This document shows, one piece after another, positions 41,645 to 54,433 of a stretch of 64,000 nt of DNA. The notes below the pieces were generated by a model, which was not told the origin of the DNA, did no database searches, and saw nothing but the letters and a program-made list of their open reading frames with translations. The stretch lies in contig NC_043005.1 in the NCBI RefSeq assembly GCF_006345805.1, positions 79,794,001 to 79,858,000 of the forward strand. Direction: 5' to 3'. A program made the translations under genes and the position numbers. Origin of the DNA: Octopus sinensis (lineage: Eukaryota). Position 1 is the first letter of the stretch, and the number at the start of each line of letters is the position of its first letter.

Positions 41645-41860
41645 TGTATGTCCATCTGCCTGAGTTTGTCCCCCAAAACCGCTTTACAGCCGGTATTGAT
41701 GTGTTTACGTCCCTCTACTTACCAGTTCGGCAAACTAGAACGATAGAATGAGTGCTTGGCTTAAAAAGTAAGACTTGAAGTCGATTGTTTCAACCCTTCC
41801 AGGCAGGGACCCAGAATGGCCGCAGTCAAATGACTGAAACAAATAAAATGTAAAAGATTA
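41645..41860 (+). mobile_element. SINE family 1, 3' half
   Basis: TTTGTCCCCC..GTGTTTACGTCCC..GTTCGGCAAA..GGCCGCAGTCAAATGACTGAAAC. Confidence 0.75.
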
Positions 41861-42388
41861 AAACTGTAGACAAAACGGCGATCTTGAGGCGAATCGTGAC
41901 AGGAAGTTGCGACAATATCCGGTTTTCACTCTCTTCCCAACAAAAATGTCCATAGATAAAGGCAAACTAATGAAGGAGACTTCATTTGGTGATGTTATCT
42001 TCTCCAAAATTCCAGCCAATTCTAGGTCTAGAATGAATGGTTTGCAGAAAATTGATTACTCCCTGTTTTATATATTAGAAAGTAATTTTATTGTGAGACA
42101 GCTTAAATATTTTAAAAGGACCAGAAAACCCTATTGAGCTTTATATTATTTTCTTGATCATCCGTTGTATTGACGCATCCAATTTCACTTGGAACATCTA
42201 AAGATGTTGTTCTAAGTAGTTACCCGCTGAAATGTGGGTAAGGAACAAATTTTATGATGTTATATAAATAAATATCTCTCAATAATTAACTATTTACTTT
42301 CATACGTAGTTAATTTTGTGTTTGACATTAAATTAAATTTTGGTGAAGGGAGGTTGATCATCTATTAAGTCACACCCATGGTTTTATT

Positions 42389-42800
42389 AGGAGTGGCTGT
42401 GTGGTAAGTAGCTTGCTAACCAACCACATGGCTCTGGGTTCAGTCCCACTGCGTGGCATCTTGGGCAAGTGTCTTCTGCTATAGCCCCGGGCCGACCAAT
42501 GCCTTGTGAGTGGATTTGGTAGACGGAAACTGAAAGATGCCTGTCGTATATATGTATATATATATATGTGTGTGTGTATGTGTGTGTGTATGTGTGTTTG
42601 TCCCCCTAGCATTGCTTGACAACCGATGCTGGTGTGTTTACGTCCCCGTCACTTAGCGGTTCGGCAAAAGAGACCGATAGAATAAGTACTGGGCTTACAA
42701 AGAATAAGTCCCGGGGTCGATTTGCTCGACTAAAGGCGGTGCTCCAGCATGGCCGCAGTCAAATGACTGAAACAAGTAAAAGATAAAAGATAAGAGATAA
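42389..42800 (+). mobile_element. SINE family 1, full-length reference copy
   Basis: tRNA-like head (GTGGCTGTGTGG A box, GGTTCAGTCCC B box), TCTTGGGCAAGT CORE-like segment, internal (TA)/(TG) tract, 3' body, (AAAGAT)n tail. Confidence 0.9.
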
Positions 42801-43306
42801 AGTACATTGAATAATATGCCCCCGGGTAGACTATTCCTGCTGCAAATGTGGAAAAGAATATTTATACAGACGTAGAAAACTTCGCTATCCCTAATGGTAA
42901 CAGCTGTTTCATTACTTACTCCGATTTACATCGTAAACTTTAATACGTAGCTACATACAATGTAATTACGCTGAACATATAAGTTATATACGTTCATGCA
43001 TGCATGCACATGAACACAGACAACCTTATACAGTACATTTGCACATCTCAGCTGGTGTTTATCGTGTGCTGCGCTTAATTTAGCGAATACAATCTCCCAA
43101 TATATTTTATTTATATCTATACATACATATACACATATATACGACAAACTTCCGGCTCCAACCTTGCTACACCGGCTTCAAATCCGGGTAGCCCCCCCCC
43201 CCCCCCGTAATGCAGAATAGTGAAAATTGACTGGCAACAAGGAGCTTGTTAGCAAGGCATATACAGACAGATGGATAGATAAATATATCAATAGACAAAT
43301 AGATAA

Positions 43307-43366
<60 letters not shown>

Positions 43367-43418
43367 GTAGACAGCTAGATAGATAGACAGAGAAAGAGAG
43401 AGAGAGACAGACAAACAG

Positions 43419-43469
<51 letters not shown>

Positions 43470-43611
43470 AACAAATAGATATGTAGATTTCTTTATTGGC
43501 CACGCAGGGCTAAACACAGAAGTGACAAAATACAAAGTAGAGTTTTTCTTTTTTGAGAAGAAGAGAGGAAAAAGTGTCGAATTGCGATTAAAAGGGATCG
43601 TGGAAAAATAA

Positions 43612-43642
<31 letters not shown>

Positions 43643-43643
43643 A

Positions 43644-43710
<67 letters not shown>

Positions 43711-43711
43711 T

Positions 43712-43771
<60 letters not shown>

Positions 43772-43960
43772 GTATATAGATAGATAAATAAATAGATGAT
43801 ATTATATATATAATATAATATATATAATATATAATATATTAAATTAGAGATAAACCACTATTAGGCAAATCATACAATGAAAATCTCAAGCCATACATAA
43901 GATTAATTAATTTATATTATTTTAATATATAATCAAAATTATTAAAAAGATAATTAGTAT

Positions 43961-44028
43961 AACACTACGATCGTTTCATGGCTGTCCAATTCTTAAAATT
44001 TCGGGTTACAGTCATTCTTCAGGTGATT
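43961..44028 (-). ncRNA. Type I hammerhead (left arm of palindrome)
   Basis: Reverse complement of 44096-44164. Confidence 0.75.
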
Positions 44029-44095
44029 TAAATATTTAACTTAGCGAGGTTTAATCAATGAACTCATTGATTAAACCTCGCTAAGTAAATATTTA

Positions 44096-44164
44096 AATCA
44101 CCTGAAGAATGACTGTAACCCGAAATTTTAAGAATTGGACAGCCATGAAACGATCGTAGTGTTA
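44096..44164 (+). ncRNA. Type I hammerhead with palindromic loop 3 (right arm)
   Basis: AAUCAC-CUGAAGA-AUGACUGU(22 nt)ACAGCCAU-GAAA-C(GAUC)G-UA|GUGUU; stem II 7 of 8 pairs; GUA triplet, cut after 44158. Confidence 0.75.
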
Positions 44165-44366
44165 TACTAATTATCTTTTTTAATAATTTTGATATATATT
44201 TAAAATAATATAAATTAATTAATCTTATGTATTGGCTTGAGATTTTCATTGTATGATTTGCCTAATAGTGGTTTTATCTCTAATTTAATATAATATAATA
44301 TTTTACTATAAAATTGGATTCAATCCTAAATCTGATTTTTCCCTGTCAGTTTGGATTTATTCCCTA

Positions 44367-44430
<64 letters not shown>

Positions 44431-44454
44431 GAGAGAGAGGAGATAGAGAGAGAG

Positions 44455-44494
<40 letters not shown>

Positions 44495-44688
44495 TCAGGT
44501 CACAGATGATTATGGTCCAACTATAAATTCTAAAAACATACATCGCTTTAATTCTGGTGTCTCTCTGTTTGCGCAGTGAAGTGTCGATTTTCTGTTGAAA
44601 TATTTGTAAACTTATTTGACGAAAATTTCAAATCTGAAGAAAAATGAATCTGCTCTGATGAAACACAAAATCATGCTAAATTACATGT

Positions 44689-44739
<51 letters not shown>

Positions 44740-45391
44740 GCACACACACACTCACAGCACACACACAAATACACACTCATTCACTCACTTACTCACTCGC
44801 ACACACACAATCACTCACTCACACACTCACTCGTACACACACACACTCACTCGTACACACACACACTCACTCACACACACACACACATTCTCATTCACTC
44901 ACTCCCTCATACTCACTCTCTCACTCACTCGTACACACACAATCACTCACTCACACACTCACTCGTACATATACACACGCGCGCGCGCGCACACACACCG
45001 TCGCACACGTAGACAGTCAAACAAGAACACAGACGGGCACGATCACGTCATATGCGTTTATGACGCAACAGTTAAAAGTGCAAACATTATACGCTTCAGT
45101 TCTGATGTCTTTGAAGAAAAGAAATTTCAAATCTGCAAAAGGAAAAAAAAAATCTACATTCAACCTAACAGTGGTGCACAGATGGACACACGCGCGCGCG
45201 GGAATACATACAAACATACATACATACATTCATACATACATACATACATACATACATACATACATACATACATACATACACACATACACACACACACACA
45301 CAAAATGACACACACATTCCCACACTCATCACTCACACATCACACATTACACACCCACACATTAAACCAATGGTTCCCCAAATGTTTCTTA

Positions 45392-45621
45392 TTTCTTTAC
45401 TGCCCACAAGTGGCTACACACAAAGGGGATAAACAAGGACAGACAAACGGATTAAGTCTTTTATATCGACTCCTTTGCATAACTGGTACTTATTTAATCG
45501 ACTCCGAAAGGATGAAAGGCAAAGTCGACGTCGGCGGAATTTGAACTCAGAACGTAGCGGCAGACGAAATACTGCTAAGCATTTCGCTTGACGTGCTAAC
45601 GTTTCTGCAAGCTCACCGCCT
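45392..45621 (-). mobile_element. SINE family 2 inserted in the hAT terminus
   Basis: Reverse complement of 53267-53500; 9-bp TSD TGTTTCTTA at 45383-45391 and 45622-45630. Confidence 0.9.
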
Positions 45622-46041
45622 TGTTTCTTAACCCACGGCGCACCTTACAAGAATTCAAAATAGTTTGGCGTACTTCGTACATAAAATTTTAAAATCTGTT
45701 GAAGAGGTGTTTTATACATATTAACATAGTATAAACGATAAAACAATAAATAGATAATCAAAAACACAAAAAATTGCATGTATTTACTTTTGGTTGAATA
45801 TATGAAGCAAAGTTATCAATGTGAAACACGCTCTTGATATTTTTTGGAAACATTTTCAATATTGGGACGTATCTGAGAAAGGCAAACCCTCATTTCTTCT
45901 TCGATGCAACGGAGCCTCTCTCTTATTATGGATTTGATGTTACTGAGGGTTGAAAATCCCAATTTACATTAATACGAACTGGAAAACTGCAACAAAACGG
46001 ATAAAGGAGTTTTTCGCTACTGAGGGGTATTCTCCTATATT

Positions 46042-46735
46042 AGATTTCTTTATTAGCCACGCAGGGCTGAACACAGAATGGATAAAATACAAAGTAGGGC
46101 TTTTCTTTTTGGGAAGAAGAGAAGGAAAAAATGGGTCGGATTCCGATCAAATGGGATCGTGAAAAGAAAAAAGGTAGGGACGATCAATAGGGATCGTGTA
46201 TCACAGAAATGTCAATGTAAAAGGGGAAAACAGTTTAGGTTTGTCCGTGGAGAGAAAAGCCTACGGAACAGACCACGGGAACCTTGGACAATAGTGTCAT
46301 GCAAAACGAAAACACATTACAATAAGTGGCTCTCTTTTTTCCTTTCGTTTTCTTCTTTTGGTTCATAGGATTATGCTCAAGCTGGCTCCGTCATTCACAT
46401 GTGCCATCCTTGCTACATTCATCCATCCTTTTTTGAGACATTCACTAGAAAGAACTTCCCTTTCTGCTCTCACCTTACTCTTTAAAAGATACGTGAAGAA
46501 GTTGATGAGAGATTGTCCAGAGAGGAAAGTGTTTGTCTCTAGACCTTTCAGACGCGTCCACCATACAAATTCTTTCGCCATAGCCACACGTACGATGAAA
46601 ATGGTTCTTCCTTCCCGTTTCAAGGAAGGAGGTGCGACAATATTCATGATAGACTCGGTTGATAAACCGACTCGTCCCACACAATATAGCAGTCGTTCGA
46701 CATAGGTCCACAGGTCAGCAATCCAAACTGTATCA
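46042..46735 (-). mobile_element. L1/Tx1-like LINE 3' end nested in the hAT; a short copy of the same 3' tail lies at 43485-43605
   Basis: IADLWTYVERLL..VAMAKEFVWWTRLK..FF..KGW C-terminal pattern; shared AGATTTCTTTATT(A/G)GCCACGCAGGGCT tail. Confidence 0.6.
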
Positions 46736-49116
46736 ATAGTTAACTCGGCATACTTGATTTGAAGTCCGCGATCGCCGGATATGAATGCCAGTTCCTCTTC
46801 ACATATTTTCAGGCCAATCAATATTAGATGGAATTTTAATGAAGGGATTTCAGACCTACTCATACACTTCTGTGTTCAATGACGGAAAATAAATGTTTAT
46901 TTTTTCTTCCAGATTTATCAAATGTTCAAATACAATAGCAGTCATTTCTTTTATGCAGCTTTTACGTATTAAGGGAAACATTTCGAAGTCACCACTTTCA
47001 GCTCTATTTTACCAAATTACAACTTCCTTTTTCAACGAAACCAGCTATCGAAGTGAGAATGTTTTCATTTCTACCTCGCATACTTGTGTTGACGCTATTA
47101 AGTTATGCACATATCTCTGTTAAATATTCTAGCTTGGAAACCCTAAATTCACATTGTAGATATTCCAAGTAGCGCGCATGTTTTACTTTTCTTAAAAGAA
47201 AATGCATGTAATTCCTTGTGGAGTTCATGTATGCGATGTACAACCTTACCTTTGGAGAGCCATCTGAATTTTGTGTGTAAATGTAAGCGCTTGTGCTAGG
47301 AATCCATATCAACACAAATTTATTCAAATAAGCGACACTTCAACGGCCTACTTTCAATATAATTAGCCATTTCAACTTGGTTTAATACTTGCTTTAATTC
47401 AACTGGTATTGTTTCTGAAACCAGTCCCTCCTTATGAAGGAAGCAACGACTACGCATAACATTAGAAATTTGAGGTTGTATGAGCGATACAAAACCTTTG
47501 ATAGAACCTATCATAGATGGTGCCCGATCGGTACATATTCCACATGAATTCCAGGATGAATTCTATTGTTCGAGGTAGGCAAATTAAATGTCAGAAATAT
47601 CCTGACCTCTTGTAGTCAGTGGCCTTTTCATTGCGACAAAAGAACTGATTTATGATTTGGTTACCATCAATAAAGCGAATAAATGTAAGTAATTGTGCTT
47701 TGTCGCTAACGTCAATTGACTTGTCAACTCGCAGAGAAAATTCTGAGTTCTGAAGTTTGTTCTGTACATTTTCCCTCTATATCAGCAGATAGATCCATAA
47801 TTATCCTATGGATTGTATTATTTGAGAGCGGAATCTTGCTCCTTTCTTGCTCGGCTTCATCACCTTACATGGTTTTAACAAGCGGGTAAGATAACAGACG
47901 CGGCTAATGAATGCGATTTCGTTTATAGTGCAATCATTTCGGCTATCTCAATAGACGCGACTTGAGCCTTTTCAGAGAGTTCATCCTTTTTTGTTCTATT
48001 TGTTTATATTGTTCTAGCCGTTTTTGGAAATAATCCAGGTCTTTACAGTGAAGATGTGTTTAGTTGTAAAATGTCTTTTCAACTTACTGGGCAATAAGCC
48101 TTCGTTGGACATTTTTTCATCACAAACAACACACAGGAAGAGGTCGATTCTCGTTAAATAGCTACTGCAATATTTACGATTGGGGTAAGCTTTCGCATTA
48201 TTATCACTACTGAGACCGAGACAAGCGACTAGTGAAGAGAGGTAGCGTGTCACATATCGGACTCTTCTGAGAAATCTTTCAAAATTAATTGAAAAGATGA
48301 ACATTCTTGCCATTATATGAATGAAAAAAATTGAAATACAGCTGCAATGAATGAAGACTATTAAAAGATTTAGTTCAGCATCGCATATTTTAGTTCGCTA
48401 GTTTATTTTTCACACTCATTATTGAAATAAAAATTGCTGAGGCTACGACCGAAATAAACTGAAACATAATCGTGCACTGAATATGTCCATAAGACGTCAA
48501 TTTCGAGGATAGATTGATGCTAATTTACTTCTTATCATTATGAAATTTCAACAAAGTCATACCATAATTCGCCTAAATGAACTGAATGATACATCCACCT
48601 CACATTCATAGTTTAGAACTTAGTATTTAGTTTTCTGCCACATTTCTAGTGAATTTCAGTTTGTACTTTTTCATATTTTAAAATATAATCTTACTTTTTC
48701 GAGGTGAACGTAATCATATCTTGCGGCGCATGGTTTGGGAATCACTGCACTAAACTCATGCATATTTATTCAAACGAAGCTCATACACACACATACACCG
48801 ACACAGATGACACAGACACATATCAACCGCTTCGATCTTTTCGATTTGAAAAACCTCTTCAGATTTTATTGAACACGACCAGACAGATACAAGTTTCTCG
48901 GCAAATCTCGAAAACCAGAAACATTTTTTAAAAATGAAATTAACGATAAAAGGCTATGAAACTTTAAATACTTAATTGGGAGGGTGAGTTAATGCTTCCT
49001 CTTAAATATTTAAACATCCTGGAATTCCATAAATAATCTTGCCCGGACTTGTGCCTCAGAAAGGAACTTTCAAGGTGCAATCTCATCTTATGGTCATTCA
49101 TGACTGAAGAGGGTAT

Positions 49117-49189
<73 letters not shown>

Positions 49190-49214
49190 CATTTATTTAC
49201 GTATGTATGCATGG

Positions 49215-49450
49215 TGCGTTTTTGTGTTATCCGTTTGTGTTTGTTACCATCTACCAATTGACAAATGGTGTTGGTTCGTACTCTTCCCGTAATCCAGTGG
49301 TTCGGCAAAAGAGATCGATAAACTATGTACCACACTTTAAAAAGTAATTATATATGTGTACAAATTGAGATGAAGGTTTTGCAATAAATTCTTCATGGTG
49401 GTGTCCCAACATGGCTGTACTCCATTGACTGATACAATTAAAAGATAAAA
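49215..49450 (+). mobile_element. SINE family 1, degenerate 3' half
   Basis: GGTTCGGCAAAAGAGATCGATA..GGTGGTGTCCCAACATGGC..TGACTGA..AAAAGATAAAA. Confidence 0.6.
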
Positions 49451-49949
49451 AGTGAAAGAATGACATTTATGCCTCTACCTGATAGTTACACATGCTAGAC
49501 ATAGCACCCATACTTCCTTTGAAATTCATGCTGTAATTTCAAAAATATAAAGGCCACATTGGACAAGGTAGTCGTAAGTATACGATAACATAGGATGGCC
49601 GTAGCTGCAGTGTTTCTTATCAGAAATCTGTTGCAAATGGCTGACTTGCAGTAAAATAAAAGCAATGGTATCAGATTTTGTTTTATGCATATCATAGTTT
49701 AGGAATCGCAGTTACCTCTCATTGATTTTCAGCGACTTTTCTGTGATTTCAAAGAAAGGTTTTTCACGGATTTAAAAAAAATATTTCAAGCAAAAATAGT
49801 ATATTCCACATTTCACGTAAATGAATTCCCGTTTCGTCTTGGGAAGGCCAACACACCAACAAAAATATAAACACGCCCTGGTTCAATATCATATCCTTAT
49901 TTATATTATTTACATTCGACGGATATTTGTCCTCATCTTGTATGTTTTT

Positions 49950-49997
49950 AAGACAACGTTTCGGCTGATAATCCCTCCAGCCTTCTTCAAGTGTCTT
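49950..49997 (-). ncRNA. Minimal hammerhead-like motif (C3>U, extra A)
   Basis: AAGACAC-uUGAAGA-A-GGCUG(10 nt)CAGCC-GAAAC-GUU|GUCU. Confidence 0.5.
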
Positions 49998-50043
49998 GGG
50001 GGAAATTTCCAACCTGGGTTCTCATTACTAACGTATTTTTCGA

Positions 50044-50092
<49 letters not shown>

Positions 50093-50256
50093 GTTGTTGT
50101 TGTTGTTTGCGTTCAGGTCACTGCTAGGAATGGAACTCGGAATCTTGGGTTTAGTACACAACGCTCTTAACCACTACGCCATATGACTGTGGGCATATGG
50201 CGTAGTGGTTAAGAAAAATACCTTAAGAATGAGAACCCAGGTTCGAACTTTCCCCA

Positions 50257-50305
50257 AGACACCTGAAGAAGGCTGGGGGGGGTATATCAGCCGAAACGTC
50301 GAGTT
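50257..50305 (+). ncRNA. Minimal hammerhead-like motif (extra A)
   Basis: AGACAC-CUGAAGA-A-GGCUG(12 nt)CAGCC-GAAAC-GUC|GAGU; stem I 3 of 4 pairs. Confidence 0.6.
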
Positions 50306-50992
50306 AAATACGGAACATTTCCTTATTGTTCGTCAGTTGGTTAAATATCTCACGTGCTAACGAATCGACCATTTGTTTAATTTTTTGGTTAAAATTCAAT
50401 CGGTTGTTAAAGTAAGGATCGTTAAGTTTGATGGTTAGATACTTAACATTAAGGAAGTGATATTGAAACAGTGAGAGGCTTGTTTATTATTATTATTATT
50501 GGAAGAATGACCCTCCCAAAGCAACAAAATTTGTTTCAACACACCAATCCACATCAAGAATTTTGCAAAGGAAATATAAAAACGGAGATTTTCGTTTCGT
50601 TTCAATACAAGAGAGTGATGATTGCTTTATGATATGAAACACTTTAAATATAATGGAAAATTATAAGAATACGGATGAGATTTCCAGTTGTTGACTAATC
50701 TGATCCTTTTGAAGCAAAAGAAGACGTTGAAAGGCAAAAGTCCTTCGTGAAATAAGATCAATGTAATACTTATTGCATGTATATAGAGAATGATACTAGA
50801 CTTGGCAGAGTTTTGCATTTTACAAAAAAGTAATTAAAATTCAAGGAAAATGGAAAAGAATCGCTTAGCTTTCAAGTGCCTGATCTTACAACCAACCTTT
50901 GAAGAATAAGGAGTTTTGAGTGCATAAGATCGGAAATAATTAGAAAGACACTTGGGGGAAATATATAGTTTTTGCGAAATGCATGGTGATTT

Positions 50993-51083
50993 GGAGTAGT
51001 GAATATAACACATTCTCGTAACGGAGTAGTGAATATAACACATTCTCGTAACGGAGTAGTGAATATAACACATTCTTGTAACG
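50993..51083. repeat. 30-bp minisatellite x3
   Basis: GGAGTAGTGAATATAACACATTCT(C/T)GTAAC repeated three times. Confidence 0.95.
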
Positions 51084-51165
51084 CATCCTATTATTTCAAT
51101 TTTAACGATCTCTCTTATTAATAACTCTCTACAAAATCGCACTTAGCTGAGAATATCTATCTAAC

Positions 51166-51207
<42 letters not shown>

Positions 51208-51272
51208 ATACACACGCACACGCACACACAGAGTGCGGGATACATATACATACATAGACATATATACATGAA

Positions 51273-51316
<44 letters not shown>

Positions 51317-51434
51317 TAAATAAATAAACACATACAGAAAGATGTATATATACTGCTTCAGTTAAATTTAATATATATATAAGCGCACGCACACATACAT
51401 ATATGTGTGTATTTATATATATGTATATATATAG

Positions 51435-51487
<53 letters not shown>

Positions 51488-51499
51488 CATATATATATA

Positions 51500-51665
51500 C
51501 CACGAGCTTCTTGTAGTTTCCGTCTACCAAATACACTCACAAGTCTTTGGTCAGCCCGAAGCTATAGTAGAGGTCACTTGCCCAAGGTGCCACGCAATGG
51601 GACTGAACCCGCAATCATGTGGTTGGTAAGCAAGTTATTTACCACACATCCACTCCTGCGCCTCT
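51500..51665 (-). mobile_element. SINE family 1, 5' half
   Basis: Reverse complement of the family 1 head (CACTTGCCCAAGGTGCCACGCA..GGGACTGAACCC). Confidence 0.85.
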
Positions 51666-51674
51666 CTTTCTCTG

Positions 51675-51736
<62 letters not shown>

Positions 51737-52276
51737 TATATATATGTGTCTGTATGTGTGTATGTGTGTGTGTGTGTTGCTACTAATAGATTCATATGTT
51801 GAGAAATATCTCAAACATATGCATCAGTGACAGACCCTGTTAATTCATGGTTACTTTATTGTATCACCTACACGGTGAATTGACAGACTCGTCACAGCAT
51901 TTAAGGAAACACCTTATGATATTCGTCCCGGATTTGTATCCCACTAGGATCAGTTTAGCGTTTCATCCTTTCGGGATTGATAAGTAAATTACTAATCCAT
52001 TACAGGGTCACGATTTTTCTCTCTCTTTCTCTGACCCTTTTTTTCGCTTTGGATCATATATGTAATATGAAAACAGCAACATTGTAAAATATGGATGGGT
52101 GTCGTTCTGAGATTTGCACTAAGAGTGCTTGAGTGCTTCTATATAAATTTTATGAGTAAGGATACAGTTAGCCGAACAATTCATTGAACATTATGGGTAA
52201 TCAAATTTCGTATCACATATATTTTGGTTCGAATATAACTAAATAATCAAGGGTGGAGATCAGGCAAAATCTTTAG

Positions 52277-52455
52277 CTGGCGGGCAAAATGCTTAGCGGC
52301 ATTTCATCAAATTGAGTTCAAATTCTGCCGAGGTCGACTTTACCCTTCATCCTTTCGGGATCGATAAAATAACTTCCAGTTGAACATTGAGATCGATATA
52401 ATTAACTTATTCCTGTTTCAGAAATTGCTGACCTTGCGTCAAAAATTGAAGCCAA
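52277..52455 (+). mobile_element. SINE family 2-related copy
   Basis: GAGTTCAAATTCTGCCGAGGTCGACTTT..TTCATCCTTTCGGGATCGATAAAAT. Confidence 0.75.
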
Positions 52456-52977
52456 TATTAGTAAAAAGCCTGATATTTGGGTAAGAGATGTTATTCGATT
52501 GCACCAATCTCAGTAATTAACTAGAACCTTATTTTGACGTTGCAGGAGGGATGACAGGCGAAACTGACCTAAACAGAATTCAATTATACCTGTAATTCTT
52601 CCGGGTTGGAAATAAATAAAATACCACTCAAGTATTTCATAATAAAGTATCAGTTAAGTTTGTCAGATCTGAGATCTCATCATAGGCTGATGTCAACCAA
52701 TTCTACCTGTTCCATGGTTGAATGGTATGCGACTAAATCCTCTCATCCACTTTTGTTGTTTTTTATTCTTGTAAGGAGGATGCCTGGACACCTAGCGGCA
52801 ATAAAAGCAAGATCTATCGAAGGAGGTATGAACTTATTGTGGACTAATGGCCATCAACTTGAGGAAGGCAATGGCTAACCATTTCAAACGCTTTACCAAG
52901 AAAACACTGTGAGAGGGTCAGAACAAGGTAACGCTATGGAAGGCATATTTTTTCTGACTTTTGGATACTTTAACGAC

Positions 52978-53059
<82 letters not shown>

Positions 53060-53266
53060 TGTTTGTTGTATCTCAAGTTATATATAGAAACAATTTAACG
53101 TTAAATTGAAGAGTCACTCAATATTTTTCTTATTGTATAAGCTTATTAAGCTTTTCCAAGAAGTGATGACAGTGACTTCGAAGTGTAAGGCTGCCTGCCA
53201 TCCTCTGTCTTACAAAAGCTAGCAGGCCGACACGTCGTGGTTACTGTCATGGTATTTTCTTTAAAA

Positions 53267-53500
53267 AGGCGAGCTAGCAGAAACGTTAGCACGCCGGGCG
53301 AAATACTTACCGGTATTTTGTCTGTCGCTACGTTCTGAGTTCAAATTCCGCCGAGGTAGACTTTGCCCTTCATCCTTTGGGGGTCGATAAATTAAGTACC
53401 AGTTATGCACTGGGGTCGATATAATCGACTTAATCCGTTTGTCTGTCCTTGTTTGTCCTCTCTGTGTTTAGCCCTTTGTGGGTAGTAAAGAAATAGGTAT
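53267..53500 (+). mobile_element. SINE family 2, full-length copy
   Basis: GGCGAGCTAGCAGAAACGTTAGCACGCCGGG head, GAGTTCAAATTC B box, CTTCATCCTTTGGGGGTCGATAAATTAAGTACC central domain, GTAAAGAAATA tail. Confidence 0.9.
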
Positions 53501-53577
53501 TTTCTTTAAAAAATGTGTATATTGTATATGTGTGTGCATGTGTGTACATACAAAACTATTATATGTATACATGCATA

Positions 53578-53628
<51 letters not shown>

Positions 53629-54084
53629 TATACTTCTGTATATATATATATGTGTGTGTATATGCACATATACATGCATATACACACAAACACACACACA
53701 TACATACACATAAACACATACATATATGTATATATATATGGACATGGAAATGTACACGCACTCACTAAGCACGATCACACACGCATGTAATTCTTTTGTA
53801 TAGGTGTGTTTATTCTTGTGAGCTTTTTATTATTTGCCCATTAACTTTGGCCATCCTTGTTTAGCTCTATCATTAAATAATGTAGCAACATATTTTCATT
53901 ATTCTCTACTAAGACAAAATTGCAAAGCTTCGTATACAAAAGACGAAAGGCGAAATAATTTGTGTGATGCGTTTCGTAGGTAGCCTTCCGCCGTGGTTTG
54001 ACAAAAATTACATTTAATTGTAGTAACCACGTGAACCGGGCAGTCATTTCACTTATTACGGCTTGTGTTCAAGATTATGGACCG

Positions 54085-54302
54085 TTAATGATAATAATAA
54101 TAATAATAATGATAATAATAATAATAATAATAATAATGATAATAATAATAATAATAATAATAATGATGATGATGATAATGATGATGATGATAATAATAGT
54201 ATTAATAATAATAATATTGAGAAGAATAAGAACAAAAACCAGAACAATCACAGTTGTGAACAATAACAATAAGAAAACAATAATAATAGCAACAACATGA
54301 AC

Positions 54303-54351
<49 letters not shown>

Positions 54352-54364
54352 GTAATAATAATAG

Positions 54365-54433
<69 letters not shown>

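Larger units (their letters stand above)
43835..44372. mobile_element. Family C: ~228-bp-arm palindrome (2-nt spacer at 44062-44063) of a Penelope-like terminal repeat
   Basis: 43835-44061 is the near-perfect reverse complement of 44064-44292; right arm extends to 44372; (TA)n flanks. Confidence 0.9.
45368..48747 (-). mobile_element. Full-span decayed hAT transposon (Buster/Charlie, SCAND3/ZBED5-like transposase)
   Basis: TIRs CAATGGTTCCCCAAA / TTTGGGAATCACTG; 8-bp TSD CATTAAAC / CACTAAAC with central TA; peptides CVVCDEKMSNEGLLPSKLKRHFTTKH, APSMIG..CFLHKEGL..RPLKCRLF, RERLRCIEEEMRVCLSQIRPNIE. Confidence 0.92.
49890..50310. mobile_element. Family F: tRNA-headed, hammerhead-tailed element as a head-to-head pair
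   Basis: Minus copy: CATATGGCGTAGTGGTTAAG..GAGTTCCATTCC head, (AAC/AAT)n, then hammerhead tail; plus copy internally deleted; 21-bp inverted heads at 50165-50185 and 50194-50214. Confidence 0.75.

Noticed and set aside
48822-48870. CUGAAGA-GGUUU(uuc)AAAUC-GAAA on the minus strand
   Set aside because: Stem II forms but there is no stem III, cleavage triplet or stem I
50110-50195. Bona fide tRNA gene (also the SINE heads at 20570, 23658, 31705, 42389, 53267)
   Set aside because: A/B boxes present but cloverleaf stems do not pair fully, and each continues into a repeat body
50993-51083. 30-bp repeats as a CRISPR-like array
   Set aside because: Contiguous repeats with no spacers; eukaryotic minisatellite
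52855-52920. RTE/BovB-like GAGGAAGGCAATGGCTAACCA segment as a possible HDV-like ribozyme site
   Set aside because: Only a short degenerate RTE-related motif; I could not build the nested double pseudoknot by eye
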